Assembly: GCA_000091205.1 (NCBI GenBank)
Contig: AP006499.2
DNA: 64,000 nt
Origin: Cyanidioschyzon merolae
Taxonomy: Eukaryota
Reading direction: 5' to 3' (one strand)
The position numbers and the translations under genes are program-made. Positions 22,824 through 33,856 of this stretch are shown in pieces (position 1 is the stretch's first letter; each line of letters opens with the position of its first letter). The notes beneath the pieces were generated by a model. That model saw only the letters and a list, made by a program, of their open reading frames with translations, was not told where the DNA came from and did not search any database.

Positions 22824-23415
22824 AGCTGGGACGGCCTCTCGCACGAGACCTGCACCATTGTTCTTTCACGGAGGTTCGCTCCATCGCTCCCGCCTCTGAT
22901 CCTCCGAGGGAAACGGCTCTACGTCTAACGGAAAGCGGAGGCATCAGCTATGAAGATCAAGCAGGTGCGCTGGCGAGTGGCAGTATCCGCATATTCGAAA
23001 GCGTCCGGTTCGCGTTATCGACCCTGCGCACCCTAGAACAAAAAACAGCTTTCAAGAAACCATTACCGGACCGAGGCATGTTGGCATTGTCGGATCGCTC
23101 TCTGTGAGCGTGAAGCGAATGGTGCACTCGAATTTCGCTCGCTTGAAGATTACTCTTCAAAGCGGTTTCGTTGCGCTCTTCCGCCGGTCTACGATAGCAC
23201 CTTGTCGAGCAAGAGCGTACGCTTGACAAGGCGGTCGTTCGCTGCTGCGACACGCTCGTGTGAAAGCGTCGCACGAGGTGTCGCTCACGCAAACTCCAGC
23301 TTGGCGTCGCGATGCTATTCGTGAGTCTGTTACTTACGCCAAGCGGTCGTCGCTGAAAACATCACACACCAAATCGCTCACAACTTTTCGAGATGATTGT
23401 AAAACAGCTCTTCGC

Positions 23416-23802
23416 CTACCTGTCGCGAATACCCAGAAGACGTTGCACACGCTGCATAAGTGTGTCTTGCCTCGGATCATAGACTTGATCCTTGCTAGGT
23501 ATTTCGATGACCGCTGGGACACGCCCGGTGTAGCCTTCAATATTGCTCCGTATCCTATTCGCTATATTCTGCGTAATCAAAACCATCCCAACATCTTTGC
23601 GTTGGCGAGTGAAGTGCTCGAACGCCTCAGCGATGGTCGCGTCGGAGGTGTCGCGACGCACCACCAGGTACGTCGGGTCAGTCGGGCGTGTTCGGTCGCC
23701 TATTCCAGTCAAAAGGAAGCCAGTTACGGTATCTTCGTCCCCGATGATGGCAATAAGCCGGTCAGCGTCCTTGACGGAAGCCAAGTCGCCAGCATCAGTC
23801 AT
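23416..23802 (-). CDS. ATP6V1F: V-type H+-ATPase subunit F (14 kDa subunit).
   Basis: LIAIIGDEDTVTGFLLTGIGD…TYLVV…IAEAFEHFTRQRKDVGMVLITQNIANRIRSNIEGYTGRVPAVIEIPSKDQVYDPRQDTLMQRVQRL matches Vma7/subunit F end to end. ATG verified at 23802 (23817 is GTG). Confidence 0.85.
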   Translation of the reverse strand: MTDAGDLASVKDADRLIAIIGDEDTVTGFLLTGIGDRTRPTDPTYLVVRRDTSDATIAEAFEHFTRQRKDVGMVLITQNIANRIRSNIEGYTGRVPAVIEIPSKDQVYDPRQDTLMQRVQRLLGIRDR

Positions 23803-23988
23803 AGTTGGCGGCTGCACGGCACTGCAACGCGAGCGTCAGTGCTGCTGCAACTGCAGTCGGCGCGCCAGCGGACTTGCCGCGCCTAGTGGTGAGCGAGCGG
23901 TGTCCGTCTGCTCATAGGGTACTTCCCTGGGTGCGGGGAGGTGCTCTCATAGGACGTCCTTTTTGCTCGGACGCTGGCTTTAACCGAT

Positions 23989-26900
23989 ATGGATGTGAGG
24001 CGTTTGCGTCTTCGGCTGCCGCAGCAGGTCGAGGATGCGCTATCAGTCGAGCTGTTTGAAGACGACGTGCGGGATCGCCAGCAACGCTACGTCGCTCGCC
24101 TTGTGAAAAATGGTGCGTGGCAGGGCAACTGGATCATAGTCGCAGGGAGCTGGATCTTCCTTGTTCGACCACTGCTGGGAGAGGGGCTGATCAAAGCCGG
24201 AACCGGGTCCGTGCCGGCTGCTTGGGACAGCGCCACTGCGGACGCAAGCTGGAGTGCCAGTGGCTGTCGACTGCCGCGGCACGCATGGGTGCAGAGCTCG
24301 CGCCAAGTTGCGGCGAGCGCTCTAGCGAACGGCACTGAACTGCTTGTAGCACTTATCGCGCACTGTTCGGAAGCACCGTCGGACAGAGCGGGCCGTCTGC
24401 AGGCCTCAGCCGTGCTACGTATGTTGATCATAACGAAGCCGGTTTCCGATGGACGCCCCGCAGGTTCGCCCGAGGTTCAGCGCCCGTCGAACTCAACACG
24501 CAATGGGAGAACGTTGCTTGTTTCGAGTCGCGAGTTGCCGCTAGCTGAACTGCTGGCTGCAGATGAAACCCCCGAGCAAGTCATGGACATATTTTGCTTC
24601 GATCGAGGCAGACGGGTGGCACTAGTGCTCGGCTCGCAGCAACTTGTCACGATCAGACTGGATCCCACAGTGTCCGTTTTGCGCGGGCGTCAGACGGGGG
24701 GACGGGTGAAGGCGGCAACTGCACTGCGCCGATGGCTCCAGCAGTGGCGGACGTGGACACGTGTCCCGTCACGATGCATGCAGGACACGCATCGTGCAGA
24801 AGACTATGCGTGCATGTACGGCTACGGCGGTTACTTGTGTTCAAAGCGGGATGCCGCAACTTGGGATTGTTGGATTCTTCGCCAGAGCCAGATAGAGACA
24901 TGGCAGGTGACGGACACACAAGTGACGTTGCGTTCGGTTTCGTCCGCAGTGTTTGAGCGGCTATCCCAAGTGCTACAAGTTCATCGCTCGGACCTGATTC
25001 CGCTTTATTTGGGCACGGCGGATCATGGCACACATGCAGTACTCGGTGCCGCAACGTTTTCTGTCGCCGAATCGGAGGAAAGTAACCAAGAGGCTGCTAC
25101 CGCAGCCTCCGAGTCCGACCAGCTGCGACCCGATCACGGGGAATACCAACTGCAGCTATGGGTGACCCCGGTGAGTGTACGTCACCATCCCGAGTCCATT
25201 TGGGAGCTCGGTGGGCCGGTACCGTTGGCAAACGTTCGCGTCGCAGCTGTCGAAGAGGTCTTTTTGCATTTCTACTGGACTTGCGCGGACGGATTGGTAT
25301 TCGTATTTGACCAATGCTCGGGGATGCTGTTCTGGGCGAGTGCTGCCTGGGGGCTCGCTGCTGCGCAGCAAGTTCGCGGGCAAATTGCGCTGTCTTTGGA
25401 TGCAAGCTTTGGCGATTCGAGCTCGGTGATTTGCGGCTTCGGTGCCAGCAGCGAGACCGGTGTCCTCTGCATGCATGCCGACTGCCGGGTGGATCAGATT
25501 CTGCTCCCGTACCGTGCACCCACGGGAGTTGAATCCGCAGCCAGCGAAGCGGATGTTTTATCTGGTCGTGATGCATTCCCGCGACGCGCGATCTGGGAGC
25601 AGGTCCTGAATATTTTGGCGTTGGAAGCAGCTGGGGAGCGCTCCGCTGCACTGGCCAGTTTTCACAACGCTCGGTCTCGGTGGAACAGAGAACACGTATC
25701 CATCGCCGTTCGCCAAATTCACGAGCACATACTGAAGCGTAACCTGAATTGTATTGTGCAAGGCGCTCTCGAACAGCAAGTTCTGGAAATGCAACGCGAA
25801 TGGATGCGACGGCTCTGCAGTTTTCTCCTGGCGCACTCGGCACTCGGGTGTGCCGACGACGCAAAGGAAAAACTCTGGGATGATTTGCCTTTGAGCGAAC
25901 GTCTGAACATATCGCAATCGATCTATAGCATATATATTCTCTACGCCCTTCGATGCATGCTGAACGCGAAATCATCTAGTGCCTGGGACGTATTGGATCG
26001 CCAAATCCAGGCACTGAGCGCGGCGGAGCGCGCTCCAGGTGATAACGTTCAGGGTATCCTTTCGGTAATGAACGAATTTTACACGAGCGAGCGCGCACGA
26101 TTCCTCGCAAGTGAGGACGATGTCAGTGCTGACTATGTCCAAAGCTTGTTGCAGGTTGCGCGCTACGCGACCGGCCTTATCCTGGACGGCGTTTGTATCG
26201 TGCGCACAGCTTTACCCGAGTTGCAGGAGCTCGAACGGCGAGCATGTCCCTGGCTCCATTCGTCGAAATCACCGCTCAACCTGCTTTTGCGCGGCGTGAC
26301 GGAGGAACTACCTACATATCTGGCGCGCCAAAAACGCTTGCAGACCGCCTCAGCGCTCGCGACCCTCTACCATGTTGTTCAGGCTCGGATCGAACTCGAG
26401 CGAGCAGTCGATAGCGGCACCGTGGAATCGCGACCGGGCCCAGTGACGATGCTGGAACACCTTCGGTTAGCGGGCTTTGTGGACGAAGCGTCTCGCCTCG
26501 CTCGCCACTACGGCATCTATGAGATTCTGATGCGTATCGCACAGGACACTGAAGAAGTGCTCGAGGATCCGGATTCGGCCTCGGCCTTTTTAGAGACGTG
26601 CTTCGTGGAACTCGGTCGACCGTTTGCCTGGTACGCGTTCGACTGGTGGCACGAGCGCCACGAATTCGTGAAGCTTTTTGCTTACAAATCACCGCTCTTA
26701 CGTGAGTGGCTGCAGGAGCGCCAGCATCACGAATGGCTTTGGCTGCAGCTCCTGTTCGACGGTGACTATGCCAATGCTGCGCAAGATCTCCTTCGGATCG
26801 AGAAAGATTGCACCGATGATGTCGATGACGCGCTCTTCTACCTCAGCATAGCGGTGCTTTGTTGCCGCGCAGCGAATCCGGATGATCGCGCCTTGGAGAT

Positions 26901-27423
26901 GCAGGCACGGCTGCGTCTCCAGCGTGCCCGAGCGTACCAGCGCCTTGGATGCAGCAAATTCCAAGACTTTGATGAGCTCGTGAACTGGTTCAGAGAAACG
27001 GGAGCCCGCGCTCCTCTGACGGCGCTCAGTTCGAACGCGCTGCTACTTCTGCAGATCGCCGATGCCGAAGGGAAGAGCCTGGATGCCATCGGCCTCGTTC
27101 TTGATGCCGTTGTACAACGCGAACTGCACTTGTGGCAGCGCCTAACCGAACAGGGACATGAAATGAATGATGTCGAGAAAGAATTGCTGCTCAGCCAGAC
27201 TGCGTTTTACCAGGTGTTGCGCCAACGTCAAGAGCTCGCACACCACCCTGCTCTGCTGGATTACCTCACGGCTTGCCAGGAGCAGGCTGCTCCGTACATT
27301 GCGTTCTGCTTTGAACGTGCACGGCAAAGCAGCTCTCCGCCAAGGAACCTGGTTTCTGCAGAGGCATCAGCAAATGCGACGCACACTCTGGCTGCATCGA
27401 ACGCACATGCGCACTCAGCGTAG
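23989..27423 (+). CDS. Large conserved-looking protein of 1144 aa, function unassigned. The N-terminal region may be a beta-propeller and the C-terminal half is alpha-helical/solenoid-like; a Nup133/Nup107-like nucleoporin is one possibility.
   Basis: Long uninterrupted ORF with an ATG start (verified) and protein-like composition. The C-terminal part is rich in predicted helices (…FDWWHERHEFVKLFAYKSPLLREWLQ…LFYLSIAVLCCRAANPDDRALEMQARLRLQRARAY…). No motif I can assign with confidence. Confidence 0.55.
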   Translation: MDVRRLRLRLPQQVEDALSVELFEDDVRDRQQRYVARLVKNGAWQGNWIIVAGSWIFLVRPLLGEGLIKAGTGSVPAAWDSATADASWSASGCRLPRHAWVQSSRQVAASALANGTELLVALIAHCSEAPSDRAGRLQASAVLRMLIITKPVSDGRPAGSPEVQRPSNSTRNGRTLLVSSRELPLAELLAADETPEQVMDIFCFDRGRRVALVLGSQQLVTIRLDPTVSVLRGRQTGGRVKAATALRRWLQQWRTWTRVPSRCMQDTHRAEDYACMYGYGGYLCSKRDAATWDCWILRQSQIETWQVTDTQVTLRSVSSAVFERLSQVLQVHRSDLIPLYLGTADHGTHAVLGAATFSVAESEESNQEAATAASESDQLRPDHGEYQLQLWVTPVSVRHHPESIWELGGPVPLANVRVAAVEEVFLHFYWTCADGLVFVFDQCSGMLFWASAAWGLAAAQQVRGQIALSLDASFGDSSSVICGFGASSETGVLCMHADCRVDQILLPYRAPTGVESAASEADVLSGRDAFPRRAIWEQVLNILALEAAGERSAALASFHNARSRWNREHVSIAVRQIHEHILKRNLNCIVQGALEQQVLEMQREWMRRLCSFLLAHSALGCADDAKEKLWDDLPLSERLNISQSIYSIYILYALRCMLNAKSSSAWDVLDRQIQALSAAERAPGDNVQGILSVMNEFYTSERARFLASEDDVSADYVQSLLQVARYATGLILDGVCIVRTALPELQELERRACPWLHSSKSPLNLLLRGVTEELPTYLARQKRLQTASALATLYHVVQARIELERAVDSGTVESRPGPVTMLEHLRLAGFVDEASRLARHYGIYEILMRIAQDTEEVLEDPDSASAFLETCFVELGRPFAWYAFDWWHERHEFVKLFAYKSPLLREWLQERQHHEWLWLQLLFDGDYANAAQDLLRIEKDCTDDVDDALFYLSIAVLCCRAANPDDRALEMQARLRLQRARAYQRLGCSKFQDFDELVNWFRETGARAPLTALSSNALLLLQIADAEGKSLDAIGLVLDAVVQRELHLWQRLTEQGHEMNDVEKELLLSQTAFYQVLRQRQELAHHPALLDYLTACQEQAAPYIAFCFERARQSSSPPRNLVSAEASANATHTLAASNAHAHSA

Positions 27424-27740
27424 CGCTTGTCGGCGTTGATGAGGTATCAGTATCTCGCCGGAATTCCACATCACATATCGGAGCTGGTACGAGCTTCGCA
27501 TCTTCAGGTTCTCGTGGCGCGCGTGCGGATCCAGCGGTCATGCGCGGGTCAGCAGCTCGTCCATCATAGCGATACCGTCCACAGGATGGCCGCGGTCCTG
27601 CTCCGTTTCAGCCGCAGACAGTGCACAAATCGTCTGTAGCGTATCCCAAAATTATCAACGCCGCGATCGAGTCGGCATGACGGTGCCAGATGCTCCAGTC
27701 TGTGGCACCGCTCCCGTCTCTGCGGAGTCCAACGGAAGAA

Positions 27741-28277
27741 TCAGCCGTTCGTATTACCGAGCATGTCGTGAACGAACGTAGCGGATAGGTATAGAAATAG
27801 CGTCTCGACGGATGCGATGCGCTCAACGTCCCAGCTGCGAATACGCCGCACCAGGTGACTCGCCATGTTTGCGTAAGTGGAGCCGTCTACGGCGCGACGG
27901 TACATGAGCACCTCCAGGCGCTCGACGATACGCGCGAGTAAGGCGCGAGCGGCACGAAAAGTCGGCGATGCCTCCCGTGCCTTGGTCCAGAGGTGCTCCC
28001 AGATGCGATCCGCTACCCGCTGCCGCCGTTGCAGGGACACGGGGGGTTTCGGAGCAGCGTGCAACGGTCGTTCGACAACCGGCCTAGTTGGGTACGTTCC
28101 TTGAGCGTGCTCCTGGCTGTCCAACGAGGTCGGCACGCGACCCTCAGACGGACGCATGTTACTGGGAGCGCAGATAACGGACTCGTAAAACTCCCATAAC
28201 TCGGGCAGCGAGTGACTCAACTGCCGCAACAGGTCGTAGTTGACGGGAGCCTCGTTCGCCAGCGCGTCACTACTCAT
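27741..28277 (-). CDS. Hypothetical small protein; the C-terminal region loosely resembles a KIX-type three-helix domain.
   Basis: ATG verified at 28277. …RIWEHLWTKAREASPTFRAARALLARIVERLEVLMYRRAVDGSTYANMASHLVRRI… has the KIX-like pattern W…R…(L/I)…(L/I)E…MY..A.s…Y. Weak. Confidence 0.3.
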   Translation of the reverse strand: MSSDALANEAPVNYDLLRQLSHSLPELWEFYESVICAPSNMRPSEGRVPTSLDSQEHAQGTYPTRPVVERPLHAAPKPPVSLQRRQRVADRIWEHLWTKAREASPTFRAARALLARIVERLEVLMYRRAVDGSTYANMASHLVRRIRSWDVERIASVETLFLYLSATFVHDMLGNTNG

Positions 28278-28784
28278 TTGCCAGTGTCGCCTCTACGTAC
28301 GACGGCTGAACGTGCATTTCCAGTCAAGAACTCGGCCAAGGTACAGGTCGTCGTGAAGCCGCAGACCTCACCAGCGAAGCAAACGCCCTGAACTATCTGC
28401 GTACGCGTAGCAGCTGGGCAAATCGTACGATGTTTATCGGTGGTACGCTGCGACGCAGGGTATGTAGGATCGCTGAAACACGAACCTGGATATCCACGCA
28501 GATATGGCGCTGGTTATCGACACTCGAGAGCGCATCCCTGGCATCGTGTCATATGCGACAGGCGCTCCGTTTAAAGTCTCGCACCTCACTGGTGTTCCAG
28601 TCCCAGGTGTTTGTTATCAAATGCATTGCCGCGGTTTATGGCAGATGCGCTCGAAGTGCGTTCGTTTTGAAGACATAAAAAATCCAAGGGGACGCCATTG
28701 AAAACAAATTCAGGGATCCTGGAGGTCTAATGTCGCCTGGCTCAACAAGAAAAACGAAAGAAAGTATCGTTTCGTCGATGACTG

Positions 28785-29140
28785 AGCGAAGAGGAGCAAT
28801 TGACGATAAAGGAGAACGAGAAGCAGATGGGGTATAGACGAGATTAGATATTTGCCCGACGGGACGATAACGAGACTGTAGTGGTACAGAGGGCACGAGT
28901 TCTAGCAATCCTTCCAAAGGTGAGTTCTAGCAGAGGCAATAAACGCATGCTGTTCGTGAACCGATACTTTAACGCCGCTATCGGTATCAGGAGGTGTGCG
29001 GTGCTGAAGACGAGACCCCAGCAGCGGAGGAGGTTTACCTCTATGGGGCAGCCTCTAAAGCTCGAAGGGTGTAAAAGAACCAACTGCAGTCGATAGCAGG
29101 TGGCAGGTTGGAAAAGGCTGGGAAGCGTCTGCAGGTGGAT
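28785..29140 (+). pseudogene. Copy A of a dispersed repeat family encoding the C-terminal (RuvC-III) part of a TnpB/Fanzor-like nuclease.
   Basis: Frame reads …RDDNETVVVQRARVLAILPKVSSSRGNKRMLFVNRYFNAAIGIRRCAVLKTRPQQRRRFTSMGQPLKLEGCKR*. It aligns with copies B and C. B and C carry the TnpB/Fanzor RuvC-III hallmark RDxNAAxNI; in A it is degraded to RYFNAAIGI. The zinc-finger region appears deleted. No ATG start. Nucleotide similarity to copies B and C extends about 100 bp 5' and about 45 bp 3' of the ORF. Confidence 0.6.
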
Positions 29141-29293
29141 ATTCATGAACCCTATGGTCGCAGAACGTTTTCGTTCCGTGGAACAGCGACCGAAGCTGCG
29201 ACTACGGCGCGGGCACGCCCTCGCGCGGCGCGCTTTTCTTTGAACAGCTGTTGCACCAGGAGTGTGCGCACTGGGGGCCTTCGGATAAGACTG

Positions 29294-30082
29294 ATGAGTG
29301 AATCGCGGTCTTTTTACGATATTCTTGGTGTCGGCCGTACGGCGACACCGGATGAGATAAAGAAAGCTTACCGACGCTTGGTCTTGTCCGTGCACCCGGA
29401 CCGCGTTCATGCCGGGGGCAGGGCAGGCGACCCAGCCGCGCTTCGAGAGGCGCACGAGAATTTTCTCCAACTGCAGCGCGTTTACGAAACGTTGATCGAC
29501 GAGGAGAAGCGAGCATACTACGATGAAACTGGTAAGTGCTTGGACGAAGGACAACACCTGGTTGAAGAGAGCACGCTAGACGCGCTGCACCGTTTCTTTA
29601 GAACGTGCCAGCGTCGAATCACAGAGGAAGATATTGTCGCTTTTGAAGCAAAGTATCGGAACTCGGACATGGAACGCGAAGACGTCCTGAACCATTACCG
29701 AAATTTTTGTGGCAAAGTGGAGCATCTCATCGATCATATCCCGTACAGCGACGAAAGCGACATCTCGCGTTTTATCCAGATACTGGATGATGCGCTCAGC
29801 AAGGGCGAGCTTGAACGCACACCGGCTTATGCAGGTAGCCGCAAAACCCTACTTGGGCGCGCGAAGCGTAGCACACATCGTGCTCGGAAGCCGGGCAAGA
29901 GTGAGCGCAACAAGTTTGCTGCGTTGCAGGAAGCGATAATCTCTAAACGAGAAGATCGGGCCACGCAACTTGAAGCTCTATGTGACCGCATCGCCGCCAA
30001 ATACGCTGCCGTAACTGGCCCAAATTCGACTACCGCCAAACGCGGTAGGAAGGAGCGCAAACGATCCACAGCATCCAAGTGA
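29294..30082 (+). CDS. DNAJC9: DnaJ homolog subfamily C member 9 (DNAJC9)-like J-protein.
   Basis: N-terminal J-domain SFYDILGVGRTATPDEIKKAYRRLVLSVHPDR…LQRVYETLIDEEKRAYYD with HPD. Downstream DNAJC9-type helical region and a basic C-terminus. ATG verified at 29294; the ORF-track start 29108 adds unsupported residues. Confidence 0.7.
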   Translation: MSESRSFYDILGVGRTATPDEIKKAYRRLVLSVHPDRVHAGGRAGDPAALREAHENFLQLQRVYETLIDEEKRAYYDETGKCLDEGQHLVEESTLDALHRFFRTCQRRITEEDIVAFEAKYRNSDMEREDVLNHYRNFCGKVEHLIDHIPYSDESDISRFIQILDDALSKGELERTPAYAGSRKTLLGRAKRSTHRARKPGKSERNKFAALQEAIISKREDRATQLEALCDRIAAKYAAVTGPNSTTAKRGRKERKRSTASK

Positions 30083-33000
30083 AATGAGATGGCATTTTAT
30101 CAAGGTGCTCTGGGGTACAGCAGCACCGCTGCTCCGTTACCGCTGAGCGTGCCGGCGATGCGTCAACGCGTACCTGCACATTGTACGCTCGTTGCGATTC
30201 GGAAGGGTGTTGCAGTCGTTTCAGTGCCGCTTTGGGATACACTGCGGACGCCTAGGTCGTCCAATAGTCAACGAAGGCACCGTCATCGAACACGAAGACG
30301 AAGCGGGACGGTGGATCGATGCTCCCGGTACGATCAAGACTCGGGTCCATGGTTGTCGAACCTTGTTCTGATTTCTATGGATATGTCTGGGTCTATTTGC
30401 GTCGCATGGAAAGTTTCCTCGCCGGCAAGCAACGTCAGCACCAGTGCCGATGGTAGCGAAACTGCGTGCCTGGAGGCATGCTTCTCTTGGACTTGGGCAA
30501 CCTGCGTCTCGCGCGATGGATATATGCGCGGCCGTGGCGGCAGTTGCGTTGCTGTCCCCGGCACACGACTGCAATACATCAAGATGCGAGGGCAATGTCG
30601 CCCGGAGCGAGTCGAGAAACCTGACGTGGACAAGTGCACTGGTCCAAGCTGCTCGGCGACGCGCCGTCTGCATGCTTCAGGTAACGCGTTTGACACTGTT
30701 CGATGATCCAGGGACCACGCCAGGCGACATTATGGATCCCAGAGCCGTCCGGTGGGAGATCGGGGCGGGAGATGCAGTTTCTACGAGGATACGCATGCAG
30801 CTCTCACATCTTGAGAAATATGTCGGTACAACTTTCCACCATTTTACCCATCAACGGTTGCATCGTATTATCGAAGAGCCTTTGATGGAGGCTCACTCGT
30901 GAACTTGATCGGGCTCATCGGCAAAGTTGCATCGCTGTGAGATTCTTCGTGTGCAGAAAGCAGTGTCATCGATGTGATAGGTAGCGTTCGGGGACGTGCT
31001 TGCTCGAACGCCCGTGTCTGCCGGAGATACGCCAGGCGTCTGCGGATGCCGTCGACGCTCGTTTACGAGGCGGGTCATGCTGTTCCTCGCATGATTCCGT
31101 GAAGAGCGCATGAATTATATGGCTTTAACGATGCTTATTCGATTTGCTGCAAAACAGATAGATGCCACGTTCCCCGAAACACCATCCGTGAGCAGCGCAT
31201 GCTTACCCAGCGCGCGTAACCGGCGAGCCTACCAGCGCATCGTCTTGCAGCTATGCGAACGTTGCTGGGTGCTTGTCTCTAGACACTGTTCCATGTATAG
31301 AGCTAAACACAGCCCCTGCAAACAGAGCGCAGATCGTGGCTGTTCTGGGATCAGCATGCTGGCGAGAATCCAATCCCTCTCTCCTGGTCAATGATGATTT
31401 CATCTGATAGGTTTCAGTGTTTTAGCATAATGCCCATGCAGAATAATGGAGAGTTCCATGGAGAGCTCGTTCGCCACAAATCCGCTGGATGCTCCGGAAG
31501 CACGAGGCTGCTCCGATGTTGATCGACGCATTCACGTCTCAGTGCACAGCGTGCTTACGAGTACTGTCGCTGCTGGGCTTTTACCGAACCAAGCCTCCGA
31601 CCTTCGAACGCCTCAGCGTCTGACGCTCGGTTAGCTTATCGCATATAATGTTTTGCTTTCGGTATTGTTACAAGATCTTCAACGTTAGTCGCTGTACCGT
31701 GCACGCGTGCTCGTGATGCGTGCACGTCATCCGAAACGCTTTATTGGGAATTCTGCAGAATTCCTTCCTGCACTCTATTTTCACGCTCATTGAAGGAGCA
31801 GAGGTGAAGCATTCGCACGCTAGAGAAAGCCCAGCACTATAGACTGCCACTAGGGCATGCGATCCATCGGTCCTTTCCTTTACGAGTCGTCGGACAGCTT
31901 GGCGAATGCACACTCGATGCCGTTGATGGCACACGCACGGTCCCAAGTACGCATGGCACAGATCGTCAGCGAGCGCTATTTCGACGCTCAGGTACTCTCT
32001 AAAGCGTAGAGGCCCTTCAACTAGTCCGAAATGTTCTGAACCAGGAAGCGAAGGGTGGAACGGGAACAACGCCCCCAGAGTGCGCTTCATGAAGCCCTCG
32101 AGATTGTACGCGCATGTTGTTCGAACCTGGTTTGATGCTTTTCGGCACCCGACCTGTGTGTGTTTCGATCCCCGGGGTGGCACGGCTACTTATCAAGGTA
32201 TGCTAGGATGCGTGTGTGGAACTCCCTCTGATCTCAGGATCAGGTCGTATAGCATCCTCTGTCAAAAGCATGAGCTATGTTGCCGCACGTAGTTTTCATC
32301 GAAAACTTCTAGAGGAATACGGGCAATAGGCAGCCTTGTGTCCGCAAGTCTCTCGAGAAGTCGCCTGAGGATGTGCGTTGAGGCGAGACTTCCGTGAGCA
32401 AGAAGCTTCGCGACTCGAAATGGTGCCCTACATACCACGTTTACGACGATACCGGATGTTGATGTGTGTCAGGACGTGGCATCTTTACGATGGTTTCAGA
32501 CTAATCTTTTCGCTCCGACAGCTTTCGCTTCGGGTCACTCGTCGCCTAGTTTTGGAGGATCTTTTTCCTACTTGAACGGTTGTTTCTTCTCCTTCCACTT
32601 TACGTGGCAGGATGGGATCTACGTGTTCAGGATGATCAACATCCGTTTTTCCACTAGATTAGGATACCCTAGGCGGAAGTTTTGTTCGAAGCTCTCTTCT
32701 CTATGTACGCATCTTCTGCTCCTAAAATATCTTCTGGTCCGCTTCTCCGTCGCGAGCATACCCACAAAAGCGAATAGCGCGTTTCTGCTCGCTTCTGCGC
32801 ACGAGCAGAGGAGCAACCGAGCAGTTCACGACTGGTGGAGGTACCAGAGAATTACTTGCCGAAGAACTTCGGTGACACGGATGCGGACCACACGCCGATC
32901 GATCCGTGTGTGTAAAAATGCCGTTCGATAACAGAGGAAACGCCTGCCATATGGTTGAACCAGGGAGCATTCGCTAGCACGAGGATCCACTCAACCCGTC

Positions 33001-33856
33001 TCGGCTGCGTTCTACTTGACTATTTTCGTGCGATGCAAAGCGACGCCGTCTTCGGGCAAGACAAAAGAATGTGGGCAGAAGACGTCACGAACGGTGGTTT
33101 GACGGAGAACTCGTTTTTAAACAATCCGTTCCGTTTAACGGTTTGATGGCGAACATCCGAGTGAATCGCCACTGGTGCCCAGGTTTTCTTCCTGCTCGTT
33201 AGTCTCCTCATTACAAGCAGCGGCTTCCCCGTCTTTGGATACCTGTGCACAAATCTACCATTTCATCCGGATGGTGCCTCGTCGAGTGAGACGAACAGTC
33301 ATACCTCCTGTACAAGGCATTCGCATTCCAGTACCAAGTCGATCGTGTGCTTTTCGACGTGGAGCGATCTCCCATACGAGCATACCGACTGCTTTGTCCA
33401 TCCGTGTCTCTTCATCAGCGTGCGTATCAATCGCAAGTAGACTTTACGTCCAGTGGCTTCTTTCCTAGTGTTTCTCAGGGAACGCATGGCGCATTATGGA
33501 TTGACGAGGCGACAGTCGTGTCAACCGAGTTTGATAAGTTCCGTCTCGAATGCACGACGTTCAGGGTATCGGCTACGAGGCGAGTGATTCATCCACTTGC
33601 TGGCCGTAGAATCACTGACTTGTACAAGTAAAGACGTTTTCGGACGCTATCAGTGACAGCAACAGCTCTTTCCGCGACCCCTATTCCAATCTACAGCATA
33701 CATTCCTTTAAGTGAATACCTGCAGGAAACCAAACCGAAGCAAAAACGGAGCGCTTGTACAGGCGTCTCAGAATTCACTGGTCTGCCTACAACTCCATTC
33801 TCAACGAATACCAGAGAAACGTGGGATCCGCGCATGCATCCGCCCACTCGATCAAC

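Noticed and set aside
23260-23886. 208-aa plus-strand ORF overlapping the V-ATPase subunit F gene; similarly 2850..3554 (+) overlapping dapF, and 28844..29557 (-) overlapping the DNAJC9 5' region.
   Set aside because: Antisense or overlapping frames of well-supported conserved genes. GC-rich DNA routinely yields such shadow ORFs.
30089-30706. Cys-rich 205-aa ORF starting 7 bp after the DNAJC9 stop (ATG verified).
   Set aside because: No recognisable domain, and composition is typical of GC-rich non-coding translation. Kept out of the feature list for lack of support, though a lineage-specific small protein cannot be excluded.
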